Shown: positions 46,448 to 57,008, counted from the first letter of the stretch. The stretch is DNA of 64,000 nt from Candidatus Omnitrophota bacterium (GCA_029561555.1 JAKQXH010000044.1:9691-73690); one strand, 5' to 3'. Numbers and translations: made by a program. Notes: generated by a model from the letters alone, not told the origin.

Positions 46448-47647
46448 ATGAAAGCGGAAGAGGATAAAAAAATCTGCGTTAAAACGGGTTGTTGCTGCTC
46501 CCGCCGGTTTTTGGACGCCGAAAAGCAAAAGCGTTTTTTTTTGGCAAACGATTATTTGCTTACGGAAGATGTCTCGCGGGCCGATGTCATTATTTTTAAT
46601 TCCTGCGGGGTAACGGAATTAACCCGTCTGGAGTCGCTCGGTGCCCTGAAACGGATTCTGGACGGAAAGCCGGAACGCGCGAGACTTTTTGTGGGGGGGT
46701 GCCTGCCCGGGATCTGGCCTCGGGATATTTCGGGGTTGTCGGTTGACGGTATTTTTACGCCGCAAACGGCATGCGATTTGGATTCTTTTTTTCGAGGGCC
46801 GGTGAAGTGGGATGATGTGGCCGACGGAAATACTTTCAACTCTCCGAAGGTCGTGCGCTCTTTCTGGGGGCAGGTTTGGAAATTGGGGCTTGTGTTTTCG
46901 GTTTCCAGAATGATTTTCGATCGTTACATGAATTCCCTGGGAAAATTTTTTCTGAGAATTAACCACGGGTGTCTTGGGCGCTGCTCTTATTGCGGTCACC
47001 GTTTTTCCACCGCCGGGCTGCGAAGTAAACCTCTGAGGATTCTAAAAGAGGAATTCCGCGAGGGGCTGCGAAAAGGGTACCGTTCGTTTGTGCTCTCCGG
47101 GGAAGATACCGGCTGTTGGGGAATGGATTCCGGGGACACGGTATTTCATCTGCTGGAGGAACTGACCGCGATTCCCGGCGATTGCCGGATTGCCGTCAAT
47201 GATTTCAATCCCCGCTGGCTGGTCGGGAAAACGGATCGCCTCAAAGAAATTTTGCAGAAAGGGAAAATCGTCCAGCTGCAATTACCGGTTATTTCCGGAA
47301 GCGGAAAACTTCTTGAAGCGATGAACCGCGGGTATTCGCGGGAGGAGCTGATGAGCGTTCTGCTCGAGCTCCGGGCGCGTTTCCCGCGCCTTGTGCTGTT
47401 GACCCAGATGATCGTGGGCTTCCCCGGCGAGACCGAAGCGGATGTCCGGGAGACGGAGGAACTCCTCAAGGCCGTTCGGTTCGATTACGCGCATTTTTTC
47501 GCTTTCACGCCCATCCCCGGAACGGAGGCGTGCGAATTGCCGGGACGGGTTGATTCCGAAACGATCCGCCGGCGGAAAAACCGGCTTGAAAATCTGCAGT
47601 GCCGGATCGCCGTCCGGCGCTTATTTTCAAGGAAGTTCCTTCGATGA
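46448..47647 (+). CDS. Methylthiotransferase-like radical SAM protein (MiaB/RimO-type N-terminal UPF0004 domain, no TRAM)
   Basis: GCCCSRRFLD...ADVIIFNSCG...VGGCLP; GCLGRCSYC, SGEDTG, SGS...MNRGY, IVGFPGETE. Confidence 0.8.
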   Translation: MKAEEDKKICVKTGCCCSRRFLDAEKQKRFFLANDYLLTEDVSRADVIIFNSCGVTELTRLESLGALKRILDGKPERARLFVGGCLPGIWPRDISGLSVDGIFTPQTACDLDSFFRGPVKWDDVADGNTFNSPKVVRSFWGQVWKLGLVFSVSRMIFDRYMNSLGKFFLRINHGCLGRCSYCGHRFSTAGLRSKPLRILKEEFREGLRKGYRSFVLSGEDTGCWGMDSGDTVFHLLEELTAIPGDCRIAVNDFNPRWLVGKTDRLKEILQKGKIVQLQLPVISGSGKLLEAMNRGYSREELMSVLLELRARFPRLVLLTQMIVGFPGETEADVRETEELLKAVRFDYAHFFAFTPIPGTEACELPGRVDSETIRRRKNRLENLQCRIAVRRLFSRKFLR

Positions 47648-47669
47648 AGGAGTTGACGGGGCCGGAAAC

Positions 47670-48575
47670 ATGCTGACTATTTTTACCGTTCCGAAGCCTT
47701 TTGAAGGGGAGGCCGGAATGATTCAGAGAAACGCGATTCAAAGCTGGCTTTTCGCGTGTCCCGGCGCGCAGGTCATCTTATGCGGGAACGAATCCGGAGT
47801 CCGGGACGCGGCGTCCGAATTCGGACTCGAGCATATCCCCTCGATTGCATGCAATGCTTACGGGACCCCGCTTCTCGATTCCGTCTTTGGGGAAGTCTTG
47901 AAAATCAGCCGGCATTCGCTGATGTGCTATGTCAACGCGGACATCCTTTTACTGGAAGATTTTTGTCCCGCCGTCCGCCGGATTCGGTTCGGGAAATTTC
48001 TGATGATTGCCCGCCGCTGGGATTTGGAAAAAATTCCGGGATTGGATTTTCAACGCGTGAATTGGCAATCTGAATTGCGGGAATGTCTGCTCAAGCAGGG
48101 AACGCTGCATCATGTTTTCGGATGCGATTGTTTCGTTTATTCAAAAGGGTGGCTTTCCAGTATGCCGCCGTTTGCGGTGGGGCGCGCTCGATGGGATAAT
48201 TGGGTGATTTACCGGGCAAGGAGTCTGAATGTGCCGGTCGTTGACGCGACCCGGGCCGTAACAATTGTTCATCAGCCCCATGGATACGCTCATGTCCCGG
48301 AACCCGGTGGGGGCAAATGGGAAGGACCGGAAACGGATGAAAACGACCGTTTGACGGGCGGATTGAAATACCAGTTTTATTTTCACGACGCGACGCATGT
48401 GCTGACAAAAAGATTTTTACTGCCGGCCATGGACGACGCCTGCCTGAAGCGGTACGCAGAACGAGCGGACATTTTAGGTAAGCAGAAGAGGACTTTTTTT
48501 GACAAGAGCATTATCGGGATGTGTTCCTTTTGGAGAAAACTCCGGAATGGAGTCACCAATGCCGTTGCAAAATGA
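47670..48575 (+). CDS. Putative glycosyltransferase-like protein (GT-A-like, NADI motif)
   Basis: MLTIFTVPKPF...IQRNAIQSW, GTPLLDSVF, YVNADILL, GRARWDNW, HQPH. Start ATG 47670. Confidence 0.6.
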   Translation: MLTIFTVPKPFEGEAGMIQRNAIQSWLFACPGAQVILCGNESGVRDAASEFGLEHIPSIACNAYGTPLLDSVFGEVLKISRHSLMCYVNADILLLEDFCPAVRRIRFGKFLMIARRWDLEKIPGLDFQRVNWQSELRECLLKQGTLHHVFGCDCFVYSKGWLSSMPPFAVGRARWDNWVIYRARSLNVPVVDATRAVTIVHQPHGYAHVPEPGGGKWEGPETDENDRLTGGLKYQFYFHDATHVLTKRFLLPAMDDACLKRYAERADILGKQKRTFFDKSIIGMCSFWRKLRNGVTNAVAK

Positions 48576-48593
48576 CTTCCTTTCCCGTATAAT
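48565..48593 (+). promoter_or_regulatory. Putative sigma70 promoter upstream of the hom operon leader
   Basis: TTGCAA-17 nt-TATAAT. Confidence 0.6.
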
Positions 48594-48625
48594 TCCCTAA
48601 CTAATTTAAAGTAGCCGAACATATT

Positions 48626-48649
48626 GCAGATTCTACGGAATCTGTTTTT
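48626..48649 (+). terminator. Intrinsic terminator-like hairpin
   Basis: GCAGATTC-TACG-GAATCTGT then TTTT (cUACGg tetraloop). Confidence 0.6.
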
Positions 48650-48820
48650 AACTGACCGGGAATCATCAAGTTAAGAGCTTTTAGGTCGGACACTTCGGGT
48701 TTTTCCATACTTGATCCGTAGAGTGAAGATTATTTCTGCATTTTCCTGTGCCGGATACGGACGGGGAAATTTTAAGGAAGCCGTGTTGTGGCTGTTGCGT
48801 GGGTATCCAAAAGGGAAAAC

Positions 48821-50104
48821 ATGAGAACTTTAAAGGTTGGATTAATCGGATTGGGGCAGATCGGCGGGGGAGTTTACCGGCTTCTCAGCGGGAAAAGCGC
48901 TTTCCTGAAGGAACAGGCCGGCGTTTTTTTTGATCTCACCGCAATTTCCGAAAAGGATCCGAAAAGACTGAAAATCCTTTCCGCGAGATTCCGGAAACGC
49001 GTCATGCCGGCCGAGAAATTAATCCGGTCCCGGGATGTTGATTGCGTGATCGAACTGATCGGGGGAATTCATCCGGCTAAGGAATTTATCCTGGGCGCTC
49101 TCCGGAACGGGAAAGACGTTGTGACGGCCAATAAGGCTTTGATCGCGGAACACGGAAAAGAAATTTTTGCCGCGGCCGGAAAATATAACCGCCGTGTTTT
49201 TTTTGAAGCGAGCGTCGGGGGAGGAATCCCCGTCATCAAAGCCCTTCGCGAAGGATTGATCGGAAACCGCATCGAGAGCGTATTCGGCATTATTAACGGA
49301 ACTTCGAATTATATTTTGACCCGCATGAGCCGGGAAGGACTCGGTTTTTCGGAAGCGCTGGCCTTGGCCCAGAAGGAAGGGTACGCGGAGAAGGATCCGA
49401 CTTTGGACGTCGAAGGGATTGATTCCGCGCACAAGTTGTCCATCCTGGCGTCGCTTGCATTCCGGGAACCCGTGTCGCTTTCGGATATCGCCTGCGAAGG
49501 CATCCGGGGGATCGATCACAGCGATATCGCTTTCGCGGCTCAATTCGGGTACGTGATCAAGCTTCTCGCCATCGGGAAAAAAACCGCCGCCGGGATTGAA
49601 GCGCGTGTTCAGCCGACTCTCGTTCCTCGGAACCATATGCTTGCCAAGGTGGACGGCCCGTTGAACGCGGTTTTTCTTCAGGGGGACGAGGTGGGAGATA
49701 TTCTACTCTACGGAAGAGGGGCCGGCTCGAAACCGACCGCAAGCGCGGTGATAAGCGATCTTGCGGATATTGCCTTGGGACGGAAAATGGTTTTTAATCC
49801 GTGGGGGGCCCAAAGACGGGTCGGGACCAAACCGGTTTCAGCCATTTCATCCCGTTATTATTTCCGCTTTTCGGTGATTGACCGGCCGGGTGTGCTGGCC
49901 AGGATTTCCGGCGTTTTAGGCTCGAATCAGGTCAGCATTTCCGATGTGATCCAGACGGAACGGAAATCCGGAAACGTCGTGCCGCTGATCATGCTGACGC
50001 ATGATACGGATGAAAAAGCGGTGAAACAGGCCATCAGGCGGATTCAAAGCTTGCCGGTCGTAAAAGGCAGGCCGCAGGTTCTCAGAATCGAAAATGAAAA
50101 TTAG
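48821..50104 (+). CDS. hom: Homoserine dehydrogenase with C-terminal ACT domain
   Basis: GLIGLGQIG, VVTANKA, EASVGGGIP, GIINGTSNYIL, DPTLDVEGID, GRGAG, DRPGVLA. Start ATG 48821. Confidence 0.95.
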   Translation: MRTLKVGLIGLGQIGGGVYRLLSGKSAFLKEQAGVFFDLTAISEKDPKRLKILSARFRKRVMPAEKLIRSRDVDCVIELIGGIHPAKEFILGALRNGKDVVTANKALIAEHGKEIFAAAGKYNRRVFFEASVGGGIPVIKALREGLIGNRIESVFGIINGTSNYILTRMSREGLGFSEALALAQKEGYAEKDPTLDVEGIDSAHKLSILASLAFREPVSLSDIACEGIRGIDHSDIAFAAQFGYVIKLLAIGKKTAAGIEARVQPTLVPRNHMLAKVDGPLNAVFLQGDEVGDILLYGRGAGSKPTASAVISDLADIALGRKMVFNPWGAQRRVGTKPVSAISSRYYFRFSVIDRPGVLARISGVLGSNQVSISDVIQTERKSGNVVPLIMLTHDTDEKAVKQAIRRIQSLPVVKGRPQVLRIENEN

Positions 50105-51179
50105 TCGGCGAATTTCTTCCAAAAGAATCGGAATCATCGAACGGTATCAGGAATTTCTCCCCGTCACGGAAAAAACTCCCATCGTTTCCCTGAACGAAGG
50201 AAACACCCCTCTGATTTTGAGCGAAGCCCTGCCGAAACTTCTGGGACTGGACGCCAAGATCTACTATAAATTCGAAGGACTGAACCCGACGGGATCGTTC
50301 AAGGACCGTGGGATGACCATGGCCGTCTCGAAAGCGCTCGAAGAGGGCGTTCGGGCGGTGATGTGCGCTTCAACGGGGAACACTTCGGCGTCCGCAGCGG
50401 CTTACGCGACCCGCTCCGGAATGGCCTGCTACGTTCTGATCCCCGACGGAAAGATCGCCAAGGGGAAATTGATGCAGGCCTTTCGCTATGGCGCCAAAGT
50501 GATTGCAATCCGGGGGAATTTTGACGAGGCCTTGGAGTTGGTGAAAAAAATAACCGCGAAGCACCCCATCAAACTTGTGAATTCCATCAATCCCTTCAGG
50601 ATCGAAGGACAGAAAACTGCCAGTTTTGAAATCATCGACGAGCTCGGCGACGCCCCGGAATATCACGCGCTTCCCGTCGGAAATGCCGGCAATATCACGG
50701 CGTATTGGAAAGGATACCGGGAATATCATTCCGCGGGTAAATCCGAAATTTTACCCCGGATGCTCGGATTCCAGGCGGCGGGAGCGGCTCCGATTGTTTT
50801 AGGGGCTCCGGTCGCGAAGCCCCATACCATCGCGACGGCGATCCGTATCGGAAATCCGGCGAGCTGGGAGACGGCGGTCCGGGCCCGGGACGAATCCGGA
50901 GGATTGATCGAATCCGTGACGGATGAAGAAATCACCTGGGCATACCGTTTTATTGCCGAAAAAGACGGGGTTTTTGCCGAACCCGCTTCGGCGGCGGGAG
51001 TGGCCGGCGTGATCCAATTGGCTCGGCGCGGGTATTTTGAAAAAGGGACGCGCATTGTCATTACTTTGACGGGATCCGGTCTGAAGGATCCTGATTTCGC
51101 GCTCGGATTTGACGACAAAATGGAAAATGTCTCCGCGGATATTGCGGACGTGCTTCGGGTCTTAAATTTAAAACCGTGA
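50094..51179 (+). CDS. thrC: Threonine synthase
   Basis: EGNTPL, KFEGLNPTGSFKDRG, CASTGNTSASA, PVGNAGN, TAIRIGNP, EPASA. Confidence 0.95.
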   Translation: MKISRRISSKRIGIIERYQEFLPVTEKTPIVSLNEGNTPLILSEALPKLLGLDAKIYYKFEGLNPTGSFKDRGMTMAVSKALEEGVRAVMCASTGNTSASAAAYATRSGMACYVLIPDGKIAKGKLMQAFRYGAKVIAIRGNFDEALELVKKITAKHPIKLVNSINPFRIEGQKTASFEIIDELGDAPEYHALPVGNAGNITAYWKGYREYHSAGKSEILPRMLGFQAAGAAPIVLGAPVAKPHTIATAIRIGNPASWETAVRARDESGGLIESVTDEEITWAYRFIAEKDGVFAEPASAAGVAGVIQLARRGYFEKGTRIVITLTGSGLKDPDFALGFDDKMENVSADIADVLRVLNLKP

Positions 51180-51192
51180 CCGGGGAGAAGAC

Positions 51193-52434
51193 ATGAAGGA
51201 CTTATTCGAAGGAAATGCCGGAGTGAGTGCGGGAATGAAATTTATCGTCCTGGTCCCGGACGGGGCTCCGGATCAGACGTATGAAGAGCTGCAGGGGAAA
51301 ACGCCTCTGGAAGTCAGCCGGATTCCCAATCTTGACGCGTTGGCCCAGGCCGGATGCGTCGGGCTTGCCAAAACCGTTCCGGATTCGCTGGGGTCCGAAG
51401 GAGAGGTCGGAAAGCTTTCCGTTTTGGGATACAACCCGAAAGAATGTTATACCGGCCGTGCGCCTCTGGAGGCGGCGAGTCTGGGGATTGAACTGGGCGC
51501 GGACGAAGTGGCTTTCTGCATGAATTTTGTGACGGAATCCGACGGTCGTCTCGTGGATTACACGGCGGGGCATATTTCTTCGGAAGAAGGCGGCGTTTTG
51601 ATCAAGTACTTGAGCCAGAAACTCGGCAGTGATTCCGTGAGATTTTATCCGGGCGTCGGATGCAAGAACATCGCGGTGATTAAAGATCGGATGGGGCTGA
51701 GGGGCCTTTCGGCTTCCTGTCCTTCTCCTTCGCAAATTTTGGGGAACAAACTGGAGTCGTCCTGGCCGAAGGGACCGGGGGACGAATTGTTGCGGAAGCT
51801 GATGCTGGACGGGAAGAAATTACTGGCCGCGCACGAAATCAATCAGGTCCGGCTGGATCTCGGAGAAAACCCGGCCAACATGATTTGGTTCTGGGGACAG
51901 GGGGTGACGCCGCAGATGCAGACTTTCCGGGAACGTACCGGATTGAAAGGCGGGGTGGTTTCCGCGGCGGATCTTTTACGCGGGATTGCCAACCTTGCCG
52001 GTCTGCAGATCATAGACGTTCCGGGTATTACCGGAAAAATCGATACCAATTACGAGGGAAAAATTCATTACGGTCTGGAATCGCTGAGGACCCATCATTT
52101 TATTTTCATCCATGTCGATGCCATGACGGACGCCGCCCGCGAAGGAAATCTGAAAGCGAAGATTCAGGCGCTGGAAGATTTTGACCGGATTGTCGTCGGG
52201 GAAACGAGGCATTATCTCGAAAAAAATCCCGACACGCGCGTTTTGGTCCTGCCTTCCTGCGCGTCCTCCTGCCGCCTCAAGGGATATCTGAAAGGCGCGG
52301 TGCCTTTTATTCTCTGCGGGAGGGGAATCTCTTCGAACGGGATCGAGCATTACAACGAAGTTCAGGCGCAGGTCTCGGATCTGCGGTTTGACGAGGGTTT
52401 CAAAGCGATCGATTATCTTTTGAAAAACGGATGA
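51193..52434 (+). CDS. ApgM-like cofactor-independent phosphoglycerate mutase / proposed homoserine kinase homolog with degenerate active site
   Basis: GKTPLE...PNLD, LSVLGY...YTGRAPLEAA, ENPANMIWFWGQG, PGITG..DTNYEGK; metal ligands and catalytic Ser are substituted (see findings). Confidence 0.8.
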   Translation: MKDLFEGNAGVSAGMKFIVLVPDGAPDQTYEELQGKTPLEVSRIPNLDALAQAGCVGLAKTVPDSLGSEGEVGKLSVLGYNPKECYTGRAPLEAASLGIELGADEVAFCMNFVTESDGRLVDYTAGHISSEEGGVLIKYLSQKLGSDSVRFYPGVGCKNIAVIKDRMGLRGLSASCPSPSQILGNKLESSWPKGPGDELLRKLMLDGKKLLAAHEINQVRLDLGENPANMIWFWGQGVTPQMQTFRERTGLKGGVVSAADLLRGIANLAGLQIIDVPGITGKIDTNYEGKIHYGLESLRTHHFIFIHVDAMTDAAREGNLKAKIQALEDFDRIVVGETRHYLEKNPDTRVLVLPSCASSCRLKGYLKGAVPFILCGRGISSNGIEHYNEVQAQVSDLRFDEGFKAIDYLLKNG

Positions 52435-52523
52435 AGTATAATTTTGCCGCATGTTTTTATGCGGATTTAGAACCGGCACGGACAATATAATTTTCGAGGA
52501 CGCCCAAAATCCTTCGGAGGTAA

Positions 52524-54194
<1,671 letters not shown>

Positions 54195-54197
54195 ACT

Positions 54198-55022
54198 TTG
54201 GAGAATTCAGCGGTTAGACAGGTTCGCGCGGGTTCGGTCGTGGCGGGGGGGAAGGACCTGTTTTTGATCGCGGGCCCTTGCGTGATCGAAGATGAAAAAT
54301 CCGTGTTTCGCCATGCGGGAAAAATCGTCCGTATCGCGGAAAAACTCAGGATGCCGTATATTTTCAAAGCGAGTTTTGATAAGGCAAACCGTTCTTCCGC
54401 GAAATCTTTCCGGGGCCCCGGACTCGAACAGGGGCTTGAGATCCTGTCGAAAGTGAAACGGGAATTCGGCGTTCCCGTTCTGAGCGATGTGCATTGCGTG
54501 AGCCAGGCGGAAGCGGCGGGTACAGTTTTGGATGTGATTCAGATCCCCGCTTTTTTGTGCCGGCAGACGGATTTGCTTGTGGCGGCCGCTCAAACGGGCA
54601 AGACGGTGAACGTGAAGAAGGGACAATTCATGGCCCCCTGGGACATGAAGAATGCGGTTGAAAAGATCGAAAAAGCGGGAAATAGGAATATTCTTCTTAC
54701 GGAACGGGGGGTTTCTTTCGGGTACAATACGCTGGTGAGCGATTTTCGCGCGATCCCGGTTTTGCGGGGGCTGGGCTATCCGGTGATATTTGACGCCACT
54801 CATTCGGTTCAGAGACCCGGAGGTCTGGGACAGGTTTCCGGCGGGGACCGCGAATTCATCCCGCTGCTGGCCCGGTGCGGAGTGGCGGCTGGATGCGACG
54901 GAATATTTCTTGAAGTTCATGAAAATCCTTCCCGTGCCAAGAGCGACGGGCCGAATTCAGTTCCGCTCCGGGAGCTCGAGGGACTGCTTAGAAACTTGCT
55001 GCGATTGCGCCGGGCGCTTTGA
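54198..55022 (+). CDS. kdsA: KDO-8-phosphate synthase
   Basis: IAGPCVIE, KASFDKANRSS, QIPAFLCRQTDL, KKGQF, FDATHSVQ, SDGPN. Confidence 0.96.
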   Translation: MENSAVRQVRAGSVVAGGKDLFLIAGPCVIEDEKSVFRHAGKIVRIAEKLRMPYIFKASFDKANRSSAKSFRGPGLEQGLEILSKVKREFGVPVLSDVHCVSQAEAAGTVLDVIQIPAFLCRQTDLLVAAAQTGKTVNVKKGQFMAPWDMKNAVEKIEKAGNRNILLTERGVSFGYNTLVSDFRAIPVLRGLGYPVIFDATHSVQRPGGLGQVSGGDREFIPLLARCGVAAGCDGIFLEVHENPSRAKSDGPNSVPLRELEGLLRNLLRLRRAL

Positions 55023-55050
55023 AAAAAACTAAAGGCAGGAACGTGACGCT

Positions 55051-56019
55051 ATGAAAATGAGTCCAATTCAGATTGCTAAAAGAGTTTTAAAAATCGAGGC
55101 CAAAGCGATTCAGGGCATTGTGCCGAGAGTCGGGAGAAGTTTTGAGGAGGCGGTTGAGATTATTTTAAAAAGTTCCGGTCGGGCGGTGATCACCGGAATG
55201 GGCAAACCCGGCTTGATCGGCCGGAAGATTGCCGCGACGCTTGCGTCGACCGGGACGCCCAGCCTTTTTTTGCATCCGGCGGAGGCCATTCACGGGGATT
55301 TGGGAATGGTCACCAAACAGGATGTGGTGATCGCGATTTCCAACAGCGGGGAAACGGAGGAAATCGTCAAGCTGCTTTCGACGATCAAAAAATTGGGGAC
55401 GAAATTGATCGCCATGACCGGGAATCTGAAATCCACGCTGGCTCGCAATGCGGACGTTATTTTGGATATCGAAATTCATCGGGAGGCCTGTCCTCTGGGG
55501 CTTGCCCCTACGGCGTCGACGACCGTCGCGCTCGCCGTGGGAGACGCTCTGGCGATGGCGCTTCAGCAGAAGCGAGGATTCAAAGAGGAAGATTTCGCGC
55601 TTTATCATCCGGGCGGGTCGCTTGGGAAGAAACTGCTTAAGGTGAAAGATATTATGCGGACGGGGAAATCCCATCCGACCGTTTACGAAGGGACTCCTCT
55701 CCGGGAAGCGCTTCTTGCCATTACGGCGGCCCGGGCGGGATCCTGCACGATTGTGGACCGGAAAGGGCGGTTAAAAGGGATTTTTACCGACGGAGATCTG
55801 CGGCGTCACCTGGAGGGGGATGAGGGGGCGATTTTGGGGAAGACGGTTGAGGCCGTTGCGACCCTCAATCCTTACTGCATTCACAAGGAAAAACTTGCCG
55901 CCGAAGCTCTAAACCTTCTCCGTGAGAAGAAAATAGACGAACTCCCGGTCGTGGATGACCGGAAAAAGGCCGTTGGATTGCTGGATGTCCAGGATTTACT
56001 CAAAGCGGGTTTTGTTTGA
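55051..56019 (+). CDS. kdsD: Arabinose-5-phosphate isomerase (KpsF/GutQ, SIS + CBS)
   Basis: GMGKPG, HPAEAIHGDLG, SNSGET, EACPLGLAPT, HPGGSLG, GIFTDGDLRR. Confidence 0.93.
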   Translation: MKMSPIQIAKRVLKIEAKAIQGIVPRVGRSFEEAVEIILKSSGRAVITGMGKPGLIGRKIAATLASTGTPSLFLHPAEAIHGDLGMVTKQDVVIAISNSGETEEIVKLLSTIKKLGTKLIAMTGNLKSTLARNADVILDIEIHREACPLGLAPTASTTVALAVGDALAMALQQKRGFKEEDFALYHPGGSLGKKLLKVKDIMRTGKSHPTVYEGTPLREALLAITAARAGSCTIVDRKGRLKGIFTDGDLRRHLEGDEGAILGKTVEAVATLNPYCIHKEKLAAEALNLLREKKIDELPVVDDRKKAVGLLDVQDLLKAGFV

Positions 56020-56044
56020 CGGAATTATAGGCCTCTCCTATAAT
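56016..56044 (+). promoter_or_regulatory. Near-consensus internal sigma70 promoter
   Basis: TTGACG-17 nt-TATAAT, 10 nt before ATG 56055. Confidence 0.7.
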
Positions 56045-56054
56045 CCTATGCTTT

Positions 56055-57002
56055 ATGAAACATAGGCGCCGGCGCTTTTTCCTTTATCTATTGTTACGCT
56101 GCTGGATTGCGTTTATCCGGCTTTGGCCCCGTTCTTGGGCGCTTATTTTAGCCAAGAGTATCGGCCGGGCGGCTTATTTTTCGATTTGGGTTCAGCGGCG
56201 GCCCGTATTGGCACATCTGAGGACGGCCTGGAAATCGGAAAAGAACGAATCCGAGATTCGGGCGATCGGGAGACGGGTATTTGAAAATCTTGCCATGATG
56301 GCCTGCGATGTCATCCGTTTTCCCCGTTTGACGGCGAGAACGCTTGATCGATGGCTTTCCTGCGATTCCGGAATATTTGCTAAAATCGACCGGATTCTCG
56401 AACACGGGAAAGGGGTCATTATCCTTACCGGGCATTTGGGGAATTGGGAACTTCTCGCGGGCGCTTTCGGCGTAAAAGGCTATTCGGGCGCCGTGGTGGG
56501 ACGAAGGATTTATTACGAACCTTATAACGAAATCATTGTTGGATTACGGCGGGGGGTCGGGGTTGAAACGATTTACCGTGACGAGAGTCCCCGGAAAATA
56601 TTGAGGATTCTTTCTCAAAACCAGATTCTCGGAATTGTTGCGGATCAGGATGTCGACAGCGTGGAAGGTATATTTGTCCCGTTTTTTGGGATCCCGGCCT
56701 ATACGCCGACGGCTCCGGCGAAAATGGCCCTTGCATCGGGGGCGCCTATTGTTCCCGCCTGCGTTATTCGCGAGGGGAAACGTTACCGGATGCTGATGGG
56801 GGAACCGATTTATCCGAAACCGAATAGCAACAAAGAGCAAGCGGTCCGGGAGATGACGGAGAACTGGTCCCGGGAGATTGAAGCGTATATCCGGCGTTAT
56901 CCCGATCAGTGGGGTTGGATGCATGACCGGTGGAAAACGAAACCGGAAGAAGCGGACGCGGGTGCCGCGGCGGATGAAATAAAACTTATGGGAGGCCGAT
57001 AA
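56055..57002 (+). CDS. lpxL: Lipid A late acyltransferase (LpxL/HtrB family)
   Basis: TGHLGNWE, ADQD, FVPFFG, YPDQWGWMHDRWKT. Confidence 0.85.
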   Translation: MKHRRRRFFLYLLLRCWIAFIRLWPRSWALILAKSIGRAAYFSIWVQRRPVLAHLRTAWKSEKNESEIRAIGRRVFENLAMMACDVIRFPRLTARTLDRWLSCDSGIFAKIDRILEHGKGVIILTGHLGNWELLAGAFGVKGYSGAVVGRRIYYEPYNEIIVGLRRGVGVETIYRDESPRKILRILSQNQILGIVADQDVDSVEGIFVPFFGIPAYTPTAPAKMALASGAPIVPACVIREGKRYRMLMGEPIYPKPNSNKEQAVREMTENWSREIEAYIRRYPDQWGWMHDRWKTKPEEADAGAAADEIKLMGGR

Positions 57003-57008
57003 CACAGA

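Noticed and set aside
48600-48820. Known riboswitch (SAM-I, lysine, T-box) or 6S RNA
   Set aside because: Core consensus motifs were not found by eye; kept only as an unclassified candidate leader.
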